DNA of 64,000 nt from a bacterium (GTDB lineage: Bacteria; SAR324; NAC60-12). Shown here piece by piece: positions 1-8,630 of the stretch; the stretch's first letter is position 1; each line of letters begins with the position of its first letter. Under the pieces are notes generated by a model that worked only from the letters and a program-made list of their open reading frames with translations, did not search any database and was not told the origin of the DNA. The translations under genes and the position numbers were made by a program. Location: the NCBI GenBank assembly GCA_965209155.1, contig OZ242383.1:2528001-2592000 (forward strand). Direction: 5' to 3'.

Positions 1-366
1 CTCGGCTTTTTCACAGGCTTCTTTCCAGGAACCTGCCTCCTTGATGCAAGCGGAGACCCGGTCGATTTCAAAAAAAAGATTCTGTGCCGTGGGACGCGTG
101 CTTTTCAGGCACCGGGACGCGCTTGCGCTGAATCGTCTGAAATCCCCGGCAGGCGCAGCCATGACGGCCTGGACCATGCCAAATGCCCCCGCAGCCCCGA
201 TCGCCGGCGCCCCACGCACCCACATCTCCCTGATGGCAATGGCCGTTTCTTGATAACTGCGAAGAGAACGGATTTCAAACTCGTGGGGAATGCGAGGTTG
301 GTAAACCAGTTTAACGGTCTCGCCTTCCATCCAGATCGATCGATAGGATTTGCCATGAACCTTCAC
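1..366 (-). CDS. mtnA: S-methyl-5-thioribose-1-phosphate isomerase, 5' part (runs off the window)
   Basis: Manual translation from the GTG at 366 gives VKVHGKSYRSIW...IREMWVRGAPAIGAAGAFG...STRPTAQNL, with the MtnA VRGAPAIG and RPTA motifs. It is absent from the ORF track because its stop lies outside the window. Confidence 0.85.
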   Translation of the reverse strand, partial: MKVHGKSYRSIWMEGETVKLVYQPRIPHEFEIRSLRSYQETAIAIREMWVRGAPAIGAAGAFGMVQAVMAAPAGDFRRFSASASRCLKSTRPTAQNLFFEIDRVSACIKEAGSWKEACEKAE

Positions 367-399
367 TGCGCATTCTCGTTCAAACCTTCTCGTAAGTTA

Positions 400-1430
400 A
401 ACGTGAACCAGGAGTTGAATAACGTGTCCTTCCTGTCCCCGACCAGGAATCCAGTATGCCTCTCTTCCTTTGTGCCTTTGTGCCTTTGTGCCTCTCTTCG
501 TGCCTTTGTGCCTTCCCCCCTTGTGTCATTCCTGGCCCAGACCAGGAATCCAGGGATTCGAATATGTCATACCTGCGGAAGCAGGAATCCAGTATGCCTC
601 TCTTCCTTTGTGCCTTTGTGCCTTTGTGCCTTTGTGCCTTCCCTCAGTGCCTTTGTGCCTTCCCCCCTTGTGTCATTCCTGGCACGACCCGGAATCCAGG
701 GAAACCAGCACAAACCGTGTATCCCGGATCATCCCGGACTCGATCCGATACCAGGAATCCAGTATGCCTCTCTTCCTTTGTGCCTTTGTGCCTTTGTGCC
801 TTTGTGCCTTCCCCCCTTGTGTCCTTCCTGGCCCAGACCAGGAATCCAGGGAAACCAGCACAAACCGTGTATCTCGGATCATCCCGGACTCGATCCGATA
901 CCAGGAATCCAGTATGCCTCTCTTCCTTTGTGCCTTTGTGCCTTTGTGCCTTCCCCCCTTGTGTCCTTCCTGGCACGACCCGGAATCCAGGGATTCGCAT
1001 TGGTCATACCTGCGGAAGCAGGAATCCCGTATGCCTCTCTTCCTTTGTGCCTTTGTGCCTTTGTGCCTTTGTGCCTCTCTTCGTGCCTTTGTGCCTTCCC
1101 CCCTTGTGTCCTTCCTGTCCCCGACCCGAAATCCAGGGAAATCGAACAGGAATCCAGTATGCCTCTCTTCCTTTGTGCCTTTGTGCCTTTGTGCCTTCCC
1201 CCCTTGTGTCCTTCCTGGCACGACCCGGAATCCAGGGATTCGCATTGGTCATACCTGCGGAAGCAGGAATCCCGTATGCCTCTCTTCCTTTGTGCCTTTG
1301 TGCCTTTGTGCCTTTGTGCCTCTCTTCGTGCCTTTGTGCCTTCCCCCCTTGTGTCCTTCCTGGCCCAGACCAGGAATCTAGGGGAAGTCATCCTGAGCGG
1401 ACCGGATCCCCGCCTACGCGAGGATGAGCC
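400..1430. repeat. Composite repeat tract: (TTTGTGCC)n octamers alternating with GTCA/CTTCC..GGAATCCAG palindromes
   Basis: Modules recur directly, e.g. GGAATCCAGTATGCCTCTCTTCC(TTTGTGCC)nTTCCCCCCTTGTGTC. The module at 691-770 recurs at 841-920. Confidence 0.9.
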
Positions 1431-1541
1431 ATACACTTAAGACACTCATATTCTTGAAAAGTCATGTCGAACTCAGGTTATATATTCAATCATACCATGT
1501 ACGAATCAGGAGTTGAAATTTAATTTATAAAATCTATAATT

Positions 1542-2103
1542 AATCTCATTAAACCACCAGCTCTGCTGGTGCGAAGCTAATAGGCTTTGCCGGTCAGACA
1601 TGAGAAACGTATCCGTGTCCGTAAGCCGTGCTCGTGCTCGTGAACGGTCAGTGAATTCGACGGTACATTTTGGTTAACATAGAAACAATGCGATGAAGTA
1701 ACTGTTTCCCTTCGTCAAATAAAGGAGGCTGGATGATCTTCAACACGTTTAAAACATCGAGAATAGCAGCGCATTCCATTGCGGAACCTCGGTCAAATGC
1801 ATAGAATCGTTGCTTGTCAGGAAAGGAATTTTTTCCACAGCCTTCTGCGATATTGAGAGGAATCGACCATGAGGCCCTTTTCAGTTGGTCAACTAAGGCT
1901 GAGTATCCTTTTGGCAATGTTTCGATGACTTGGACAGATAACGCTAAAAATTCGATGGAACATTGGTATACATCGAGTTTTTCATGATCTAACATGGCAG
2001 CCTTTTTCGTTCACGAGCACGAGCACGTTTTACGATGACGAACACGTTTTGCCCCCATCCTGGGGGCCTCTTCAAGCCACCGGCTCTGCCGGTGGTGATG
2101 ACT
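1542..2103. mobile_element. 562-bp non-autonomous IS200/IS605-like element carrying a four-helix-bundle gene (copy 1)
   Basis: The left end is AATCTCATTAAACCACCAGCTCTGCTGGTG and the right end is TTCAAGCCACCGGCTCTGCCGGTGGTGATGACT, both with subterminal hairpins. Near-identical copies occur elsewhere with different flanks and no TSD. Confidence 0.8.
1648..1995 (-). CDS. Four helix bundle protein (23S rRNA IVS protein / Avd-like family)
   Basis: The sequence LDHEKLDVYQ...LVDQLKRASWSIPLNIAEG...RGSAMECAAILD is characteristic of the family. Confidence 0.9.
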   Translation of the reverse strand: MLDHEKLDVYQCSIEFLALSVQVIETLPKGYSALVDQLKRASWSIPLNIAEGCGKNSFPDKQRFYAFDRGSAMECAAILDVLNVLKIIQPPLFDEGKQLLHRIVSMLTKMYRRIH

Positions 2104-2144
2104 CAACAATTATGATCTGTCCTGCCGGTCCCGGATCATCAAGG

Positions 2145-2470
2145 GAAGGAAGAGAGGCACAAAGGCACAAAGGCACAAAGGCGCAAAGGCACAAAGGGGG
2201 GAAGAAAGGCACAAAGGCACAAAGGCACAAAGGCACAAAGGGAAGGCACAAAGGCACAAAGGCACAAAGGGGGGAAGAAAGGCACAAAGGGGGGAAGAAA
2301 GGCACAAAGGCACAAAGGCACAAAGGCACAAAGGGGGGAAGAGAGGCACAAAGGCATAGAGACGCGTGAAGGAACCGAAAACCGAAAACTGATAACTGAC
2401 AACTGACAACCGATAACTGACAACCGATAACCGATAACTGGCGCAAAAGCGCCATGCGCAAAGGAGACTC
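2145..2470. repeat. (GGCACAAA)n plus (CTGATAA/CCGATAA)n tract
   Basis: Tandem octamers and heptamers are directly visible. Confidence 0.9.
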
Positions 2471-3538
2471 GTGAAGGAAGGTCCCATCAATCTTTACAGC
2501 GACACGCAAACGCGGCCCACGGCAGGTATGCGTCAAGCCATAGCAGTGGCGGAAGTGGGGGATGAACAGCACGGAGGCGACCCCACGGTCAATCGGCTTT
2601 GTGAAAAAGTGGCGACAATGCTTGGCAAGGAAGCTGCTGTTTTCCTGCCCTCCGGTACCATGTGCAATGAGATTGCCATCTTGGTGCATTGCCGTCCGGG
2701 TGACGAAATTTATGCGGACCGTACGGCGCATGTCATCAATGCGGAAGCAGGGGGCCCTGCTGCCTTGGCCGGGGTTCACGTCACCGCTTTGTCCGGGGAA
2801 CACGGCATTTACAGGGCAGAGTTGCTCGAGACCTCGATTCGCCATGAAAACCGTCACAGTCCGCGACCGAAGCTGGTGGAGATCGAGCAAACCTCCAATT
2901 TGGGGGGAGGCACGATTTGGCCTTTGGAAGAAATCCGATCCGTGGCGGAAGTCGCCAAGCGGCGAAATCTGCTGCTGCACCTGGACGGAGCGAGACTGTT
3001 CAATGCGGTGGTGGAGTCGGGAGTCTCACCTGCCACTTATTGCAGTTTTTTTGGCAGCGTCTGGATTGACTTGAGCAAGGGACTGGGATGCCCGGTGGGT
3101 GCCGTCCTGGCAGGAAGCCATACGTTCATTGAAGAAGCATGGCGCTGGAAACAACGAATGGGAGGAGCGATGCGCCAATCGGGGATGCTCGCGGCAGCAG
3201 GTCTTTACGCATTGGAGCACCATATCGAGCGATTGCGCGAGGATCATCAAAATGCCCGCCTCCTGGCCGAGATGGTGACCCGGCACCGGGGCGTCCTTTT
3301 GCCGTCCGGGAGTATCGAAACCAATATCGTCTTCATCGACGTCTCCGCAACCGGAGTCCCTGCCGCTTTGATCAGCAAAAGCCTTGAAGACGAGGGAATC
3401 AACATCGGATCCTTCGGCGTCACCCTGCTGCGGGCCGTCACGCACCTGGACGTCGACCGCGAGCAGGTGGAAACCGCGGGAAACGCTTTTCTCGCAACAA
3501 TCAAAAAACTCTCGAAAAGAGAGGCACAAAGGCACTGA
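2471..3538 (+). CDS. ltaE: Low-specificity L-threonine aldolase
   Basis: Motifs SDTQT, PSGTMCN, HLDGARLFNA, LSKGLGCPVG, GGAMRQSG and RAVTHLDV. The last codons are formed by the GGCACAAA repeat. Confidence 0.9.
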   Translation: MKEGPINLYSDTQTRPTAGMRQAIAVAEVGDEQHGGDPTVNRLCEKVATMLGKEAAVFLPSGTMCNEIAILVHCRPGDEIYADRTAHVINAEAGGPAALAGVHVTALSGEHGIYRAELLETSIRHENRHSPRPKLVEIEQTSNLGGGTIWPLEEIRSVAEVAKRRNLLLHLDGARLFNAVVESGVSPATYCSFFGSVWIDLSKGLGCPVGAVLAGSHTFIEEAWRWKQRMGGAMRQSGMLAAAGLYALEHHIERLREDHQNARLLAEMVTRHRGVLLPSGSIETNIVFIDVSATGVPAALISKSLEDEGINIGSFGVTLLRAVTHLDVDREQVETAGNAFLATIKKLSKREAQRH

Positions 3539-3757
3539 GGGAAGGCACAAAGGCACTGAGGGAAGGCACAAAGGCACAGAGGCACAAAGGCACTGAGGGA
3601 AGGCACAGAGGCACAGAGGCACAAAGGCATACGGGATTCCTGGTCACTTCCCTGTCCCTGACAAGTGGCTCGATACCTGTACGGGACGTGTCTTCAGCGA
3701 TCCCTCAATAATATTTCGTTCATTCCTTGGTTCCGGCCTCTCCCAGTCCAAAGAAAA

Positions 3758-4114
3758 TCAGAATTTTTGGACAAGGTGGTTGATCAGTGCTTTCAATAAT
3801 CGTTCATGTCGTTCAGGATCAATGGTTCCAATTGATCCTGCGATATTCTTCCGGGGTAAAACTGCTAGAAAACTCAGGCGGATCAAGGATGCAGCGACTA
3901 AGCCGCTCGAGGTAAAATCGGTATCTGCAAGAGAGATGATTTCGTCAAACCCCTGTAGATAGTGGTGTAGTTGAGTACTGACCCCACAGACCAGCACGTC
4001 CCCATACCCTGGCATTTCGCACAGGACAATCGCCGGGCGATTCTTCAACTTGCCATCGGCTTGCGCAGGGGTCAGGCTTGGAAGTTTGGAAAAATCTTTC
4101 GGGGTCACTGTCAT
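3758..4114 (-). CDS. PemK/MazF-like toxin whose native 5' end is replaced by a hairpin element
   Basis: QADGKLKNRPAIVL...LVCGVSTQ...SGL...SLIRL fits the PemK-like family. The first 16 codons lie inside the 4068-4164 element. Confidence 0.65.
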   Translation of the reverse strand: MTVTPKDFSKLPSLTPAQADGKLKNRPAIVLCEMPGYGDVLVCGVSTQLHHYLQGFDEIISLADTDFTSSGLVAASLIRLSFLAVLPRKNIAGSIGTIDPERHERLLKALINHLVQKF

Positions 4115-4164
4115 CGATCATCCCTCGCAAAAACTGATTTTTCCAAACTTCCAAGCCTGACCCC
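4068..4164. mobile_element. 97-bp MITE/REP-like element with a 29-bp perfect inverted repeat (GGGGTCAGGCTTGGAAGTTTGGAAAAATC)
   Basis: Perfect terminal IR. Further copies at 41887-42009, 52862-52958 and 59157-59253. Confidence 0.8.
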
Positions 4165-4167
4165 GTA

Positions 4168-4398
4168 CTAATCAGGATTTGCTTCTTTGATCGCGTCCAG
4201 GGAATACTCGGGTTCCTTTTCCCCATACGCGTTTTCTAATGTCTGTTTTGATAAGTGCATCCACTCGTCATGCTCGTCATCAGGAGACGGCTTTGGGGAT
4301 ACGATGACCAGTAATGGAGTATCTGGTTCTAATTGACATGGTTCGTCCAGGCAAATTCGTTCTCCATCAAAATGAGCTCTTATTGTTCGAGGATTCAT
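4168..4398 (-). CDS. Putative antitoxin upstream of the PemK-like gene
   Basis: MNPRTIRAHFDGERICLDEP...AYGEKEPEYSLDAIKEANPD is a small acidic protein directly upstream of the toxin. Confidence 0.55.
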   Translation of the reverse strand: MNPRTIRAHFDGERICLDEPCQLEPDTPLLVIVSPKPSPDDEHDEWMHLSKQTLENAYGEKEPEYSLDAIKEANPD

Positions 4399-4644
4399 AC
4401 ACGCTTCTCCTTCAGATCGAGATCGCCGCCTGACGGCTTCGAATTCAAGCAATTTTTCACTACATTCTCAAGTCTGCTTAACAAGTCTTTCAGGTATTCA
4501 AGATCTTGAACTTCCTTTTTAAAAGTAGAGCAAGCATGAGAAAAAGCCTGAGTCCGAAACAACCACATGAAACAATCATTAACTGACAACCGAAAACCGA
4601 TAACCGATCACTGGCAAAAACGAAATGTTGTTTGCTTTCAAGAT

Positions 4645-5055
4645 TCAGTGGGAAGCTTCTTTGACCAGGTTGCGGTTCCAACCCGGAATTTCAACCACAA
4701 CGTCTTCACTGCCATCGGGGACGCATTGACAGGCAAGCCGGGATTCGGGCTGTAAGCCTGGAGCCAATTCCAGCATATCCTCCTCGTCTTCACTGGCTTC
4801 GTTGCAACTCCCGAGTCCTTCCCTGACAATGACGTGACAAGTGGAACACGCGCACACGCCGCCACAGGAATGGTCGATTTCCAATCCATTCCGGGTGGCG
4901 ATATCCAGTATCGATCCCAATTGCCCTTCACAAGCTTGCGCGAGCTGGGCGGGATTCACTTCCACGACTTTATTTTCGGGAAGGAATCGAATTCTGTAAG
5001 TCTTTTGGGGAAGACGGACTTCGATTTCGTTCAGGTAAGGATTGATGCCGGACAT
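4645..5055 (-). CDS. fdx: 2Fe-2S ferredoxin (ISC/adrenodoxin type)
   Basis: HSCGGVCACSTCHV...EDMLE...SRLACQC. Confidence 0.9.
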   Translation of the reverse strand: MSGINPYLNEIEVRLPQKTYRIRFLPENKVVEVNPAQLAQACEGQLGSILDIATRNGLEIDHSCGGVCACSTCHVIVREGLGSCNEASEDEEDMLELAPGLQPESRLACQCVPDGSEDVVVEIPGWNRNLVKEASH

Positions 5056-5086
5056 TGATGGAATCGCTCGAAAAAAGTAAAGGATT

Positions 5087-5567
5087 AACGTGAATCAGGA
5101 GTTAAAAAACGTGTCATTCCTGTCTTGTCCAAGAATCCAAGGTATCCCAGAAAGTGTCATTCCTGGCTTGACCCGGAATCCAGGGAAGCGATACAGACCC
5201 TGGATCCCAGATCAAGTCCGGGATGACAACACTGAGCCTTTTCGGAATGACAACAGCGCGAATCGCTGCAAGGACAACGCTGCCAGAATCCCGGAACGGA
5301 TCGAATCAGACGCTGGATTCCTGGTCTGGGCCAGGAATGACAAGACGAGGGCAACTGCGTGAATCAACGAAAGGACAACTCTCCCGCTATCCAGTCCCAA
5401 TGCGTACCATTTCAAAGACTATTGAATCCATTTCTAGTCATTCCTGGCTTGACCCGGAATCCAGTATGCCTTTGCGCCTTTGCGCCCCTCTTCCTTTGTG
5501 CCTTTGTGCCTTTGTGCCTTTGTGCCTTCCCTTTTTATAAATTAAATTTCAACCCCCGATTCGCATG
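5087..5567. repeat. REP/octamer cluster bounded by inverted YGYGAATCRGGRGTTRAA ends, between cyaY and fdx
   Basis: ACGTGAATCAGGAGTTAAA at about 5088 and TTTCAACCCCCGATTCGCAT at about 5547-5566. Confidence 0.6.
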
Positions 5568-5572
5568 TTTTT

Positions 5573-5893
5573 TTAAAATCGTACGAGTTTCTGGATGCGT
5601 TCTGCGATCAAATGCGCCAATCGATTGTAGAATTCTTCCTGCTCCGCTTGGGCGATCCATTTTTGAGACTTTTCCTCCCATTTGAAATGCCAGGCTCGGG
5701 CGCCTCCTGCCATCCATATTTCGTGAATGGCGCGCTGGGTATTGATGACAAGGGGGCTGCTGCCGTTTTCGAAGTGGATTTCAATTTTTCCGTCTGCTTT
5801 GTCGTAGTCGATGTCCTCTTCGAATTCATCCAGTTTGTCTTCCACGGTTCTGAAAAGTTCGTCTGCCATTTTGAGATAGACTGCCATTTCCAT
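5573..5893 (-). CDS. cyaY: Iron donor protein CyaY (frataxin)
   Basis: DIDYD...VINTQRAIHEIWMA...GAWHF; adjacent to fdx. Confidence 0.9.
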   Translation of the reverse strand: MEMAVYLKMADELFRTVEDKLDEFEEDIDYDKADGKIEIHFENGSSPLVINTQRAIHEIWMAGGARAWHFKWEEKSQKWIAQAEQEEFYNRLAHLIAERIQKLVRF

Positions 5894-8630
5894 AAGCGCT
5901 CCTTTTTAAATTACCAATGCCTGGAATTCAAATAGTACTGATTCAGTCCTATTTAAATACAAAAAAAGCGGATTGTCAAGAGCGGGACCCTGCTCGATGG
6001 CGATCGTCCGGTCGCACCCTAGAACTGCATTCCGAGGTGAAGGCTGGCGGAATAGCCTCTGTCATTCGAACCCAATCCGGAGGCGGAAACTTCTCCGCCC
6101 AGCGACCAACGTTTCCAGCGGTAAACTGCGCCCAGGTCCAACATTCCCCGGGTCCGGGGAGCTTTCGAGACGAGACGCTCCCTTGAGACGTCCGCCACGG
6201 TCTCCGCATCCCCAAGCACCTGTTCCAGGTCTAGCCGGCCGTGCAGGATAAGTTGCGGTTTGCTGCCGTCCAAAGAATGCGCGTATTCCGTGACGATGCC
6301 GAGACCCACGATGGACCGCGCCGATTTGAGGAGTGAGACCCGCGACCCGACCACGTCCCGGAATCCGTCCATCGAAACGTCCGAGTGGGTCGACCACGCC
6401 CGGGGCGTCAAAGACAGGTTGTCCACGAACGAGAAACGCCGGCCCGCCTCGACTCCGAGGGAACGGATCGTCGCGTCTGCACCCTCTACCAGGACACCCC
6501 GGCCGTCTGCACTCAGGTCCGTCTCGTAGCGGGTCATCGAAATGAGCCCGTTCGTATAGTAGCCGGTGGCATTTTGCCAGGAGAGCCCGAAAGAGGCGCC
6601 GTAACCCGTGGCCTCGATCTTTCCGCCGCCCGTCGGTGCGGAGACGTCCGCCGTGCCCCGTGTATGAAGAAGTGAGGCCCAACCGCTCACGTTCTTTTCC
6701 CGGGAAACAGCAAACTCCATCCCCGCCTCGGCCTCGAAGCGTCCGAAATCGTAAGCCGCGCCGACAAGTGAGTGATCCGGAGTATAGGAACCCTGGCCGC
6801 CCGAAATCCTGAACCACGTGGGCGAGTTATGCCCGTGCAAGCGATTCCCGACTACCTCCCGGTTGTCCAGCCGCAACATGAAACCGGGCAGCGCTTCGTA
6901 GACCGCCGCCCGTGGCCTATATGAGGAGGTCAAGAAATCCGCCGGCAGGAATGCTCGTCCTGCGACGGTCTCCGTGCCCGTGAGGGAAACGTCGCGCGCA
7001 CCGTTCGGCGCCCACGCGCCCGTCGCACCCGTCGTGCCGTCGTGCAGGAGCACCCCGTTGACTACGACCGTGGTCCGGCCGTCGTCGTTCCTGATCTCAC
7101 CTGCGATCGCATCGCTCACCCGGCGGCCGTCCAACTGCGCTTCGACGCGCAATGCAGCTCCTTCTGCCTCGGCCCGTATGGCGACGCCCGAGTCCGCGCC
7201 GACGCTACCCTGGGGGCCAATCTCAACCCGGCCGCCGCCATAAAGGCGGACTCCTGCCCCCACACCCGTGCCACCCCACACGCGTCCGTTCACAAAGACA
7301 TCCTGAGGACGGTAGCCCTCCGCGGCCGAGGCTCCACCCGATTCGCTTCTGTCGAGCACGACGTCTTCTCCCGCAGGGGCCTTGATCGGCCCTGTCCTGC
7401 CTTCGAAAATCCGACCAGTGAGGCCGACCAGGATGCCGGAACTGCCTGCGCCTTCCGCCAAAATCGTACCACCGTCGACGCGAATACCAATGCTGCCTTT
7501 GCCCGTGAAATTGAAGGCCCGGATGCCGGCAACACTCTCTCCTTTCACCGTGACTGTCGAATCGCGAACATCAATGCTGACGTCGCCCGTGCCCTCGTGG
7601 CGTTGGCCTCCGCCAATTCCCACGGAACGGTCGCCTTCGACTTCGATGTCGACTTCGAGCGCGTTAATGTCGATGTCGCCCTTGCTGTCATGTATGAAAG
7701 ACATTCCGCCGGAGTCTGCGCCTTTCGTCACGATTTCGGCGCGTCGTACATCGACGTGAATGTCTCCCGCTTCACTCCAGTATCCACCCCAAATGCCGTC
7801 AAGACTCCTCCCACCCTCTTCGTTGTCGTGCATGCTATAGATGCCGTGGATGCCGGAGATATCAATCTTGACGTCTTGGATATCATAGGTGAGGTCACCA
7901 CCTTCACCCCTCGCATAAACAGCGGAGATACCGTTTGAGCCCTCCGATGCTTTGGTCTGGACATTGATGATGCTATTCCGAACGGTGACGTTCGTATTAC
8001 CGCTGCCAAGATGAAGGCCATAAACTCCATCATGTTCACTTGTGCCGCTAATGTCTATTTTGACATTTTGGACGTCGAGATTGAGGTCTCCGGTATCGCG
8101 CAGGGCGCCGAAGACTCCCGTGGCCAATTCGGCGTCGATCTCGATCTCGGTGTCCTGCACGGCGATGTTTGTATTGCCGTTGCCAAAATGAATGCCAAGA
8201 ATTCCGTCAAGCTGACCCGTGCCGCTCATGACTATTTTGGTATTTTGGACGTCGAGATTCAGGTCTCCGGTGTCACGGAGGGCGCCGAAGACGCCTGTGC
8301 CCGACTCGGCATCGATCTCGATGTCGGTGTCCTGCACGGCGATGCGGGTCTTGCCGCTGCCAAGATGGTAGCCATAAATTCCGTCAAGCCGACCAGCGCC
8401 GCTAATATCTATCCTGGCATTTTGGACGTCGAGGTTGAAGGCTCCGGTGTCACTATGAACACCGTACACGCCTGAGGCCGCCTCGGCGTCGATTTTAATG
8501 TCGGTGTCCTGTACGGCAATATTCAGGTCTCCGTCGACGCGTTGGGCTCCGACGATACCGACAGGCGCTCCGTCCGAATCGATGACGACGTTGCGAACGA
8601 TGAGATCGTGGTCGCCGCTGAATTCGTCGT

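Noticed and set aside
105..356. 83-aa ORF in the ORF track
   Set aside because: It is in the wrong frame; the real coding frame is mtnA.
250..1440. Long ORFs rich in LCLCAFVP / KAQRHKGT here and in the other repeat tracts
   Set aside because: They are translations of the stop-free TTTGTGCC octamer and REP modules, open in several frames at once, so they are not credible genes.
1648..1995. 23S rRNA gene with intervening sequence
   Set aside because: No rRNA sequence flanks any four-helix-bundle copy.
6019..8469. 816-aa ORF and 192-aa ORF (10628-11206) as two independent genes
   Set aside because: They are the two halves of one autotransporter split by the intron.
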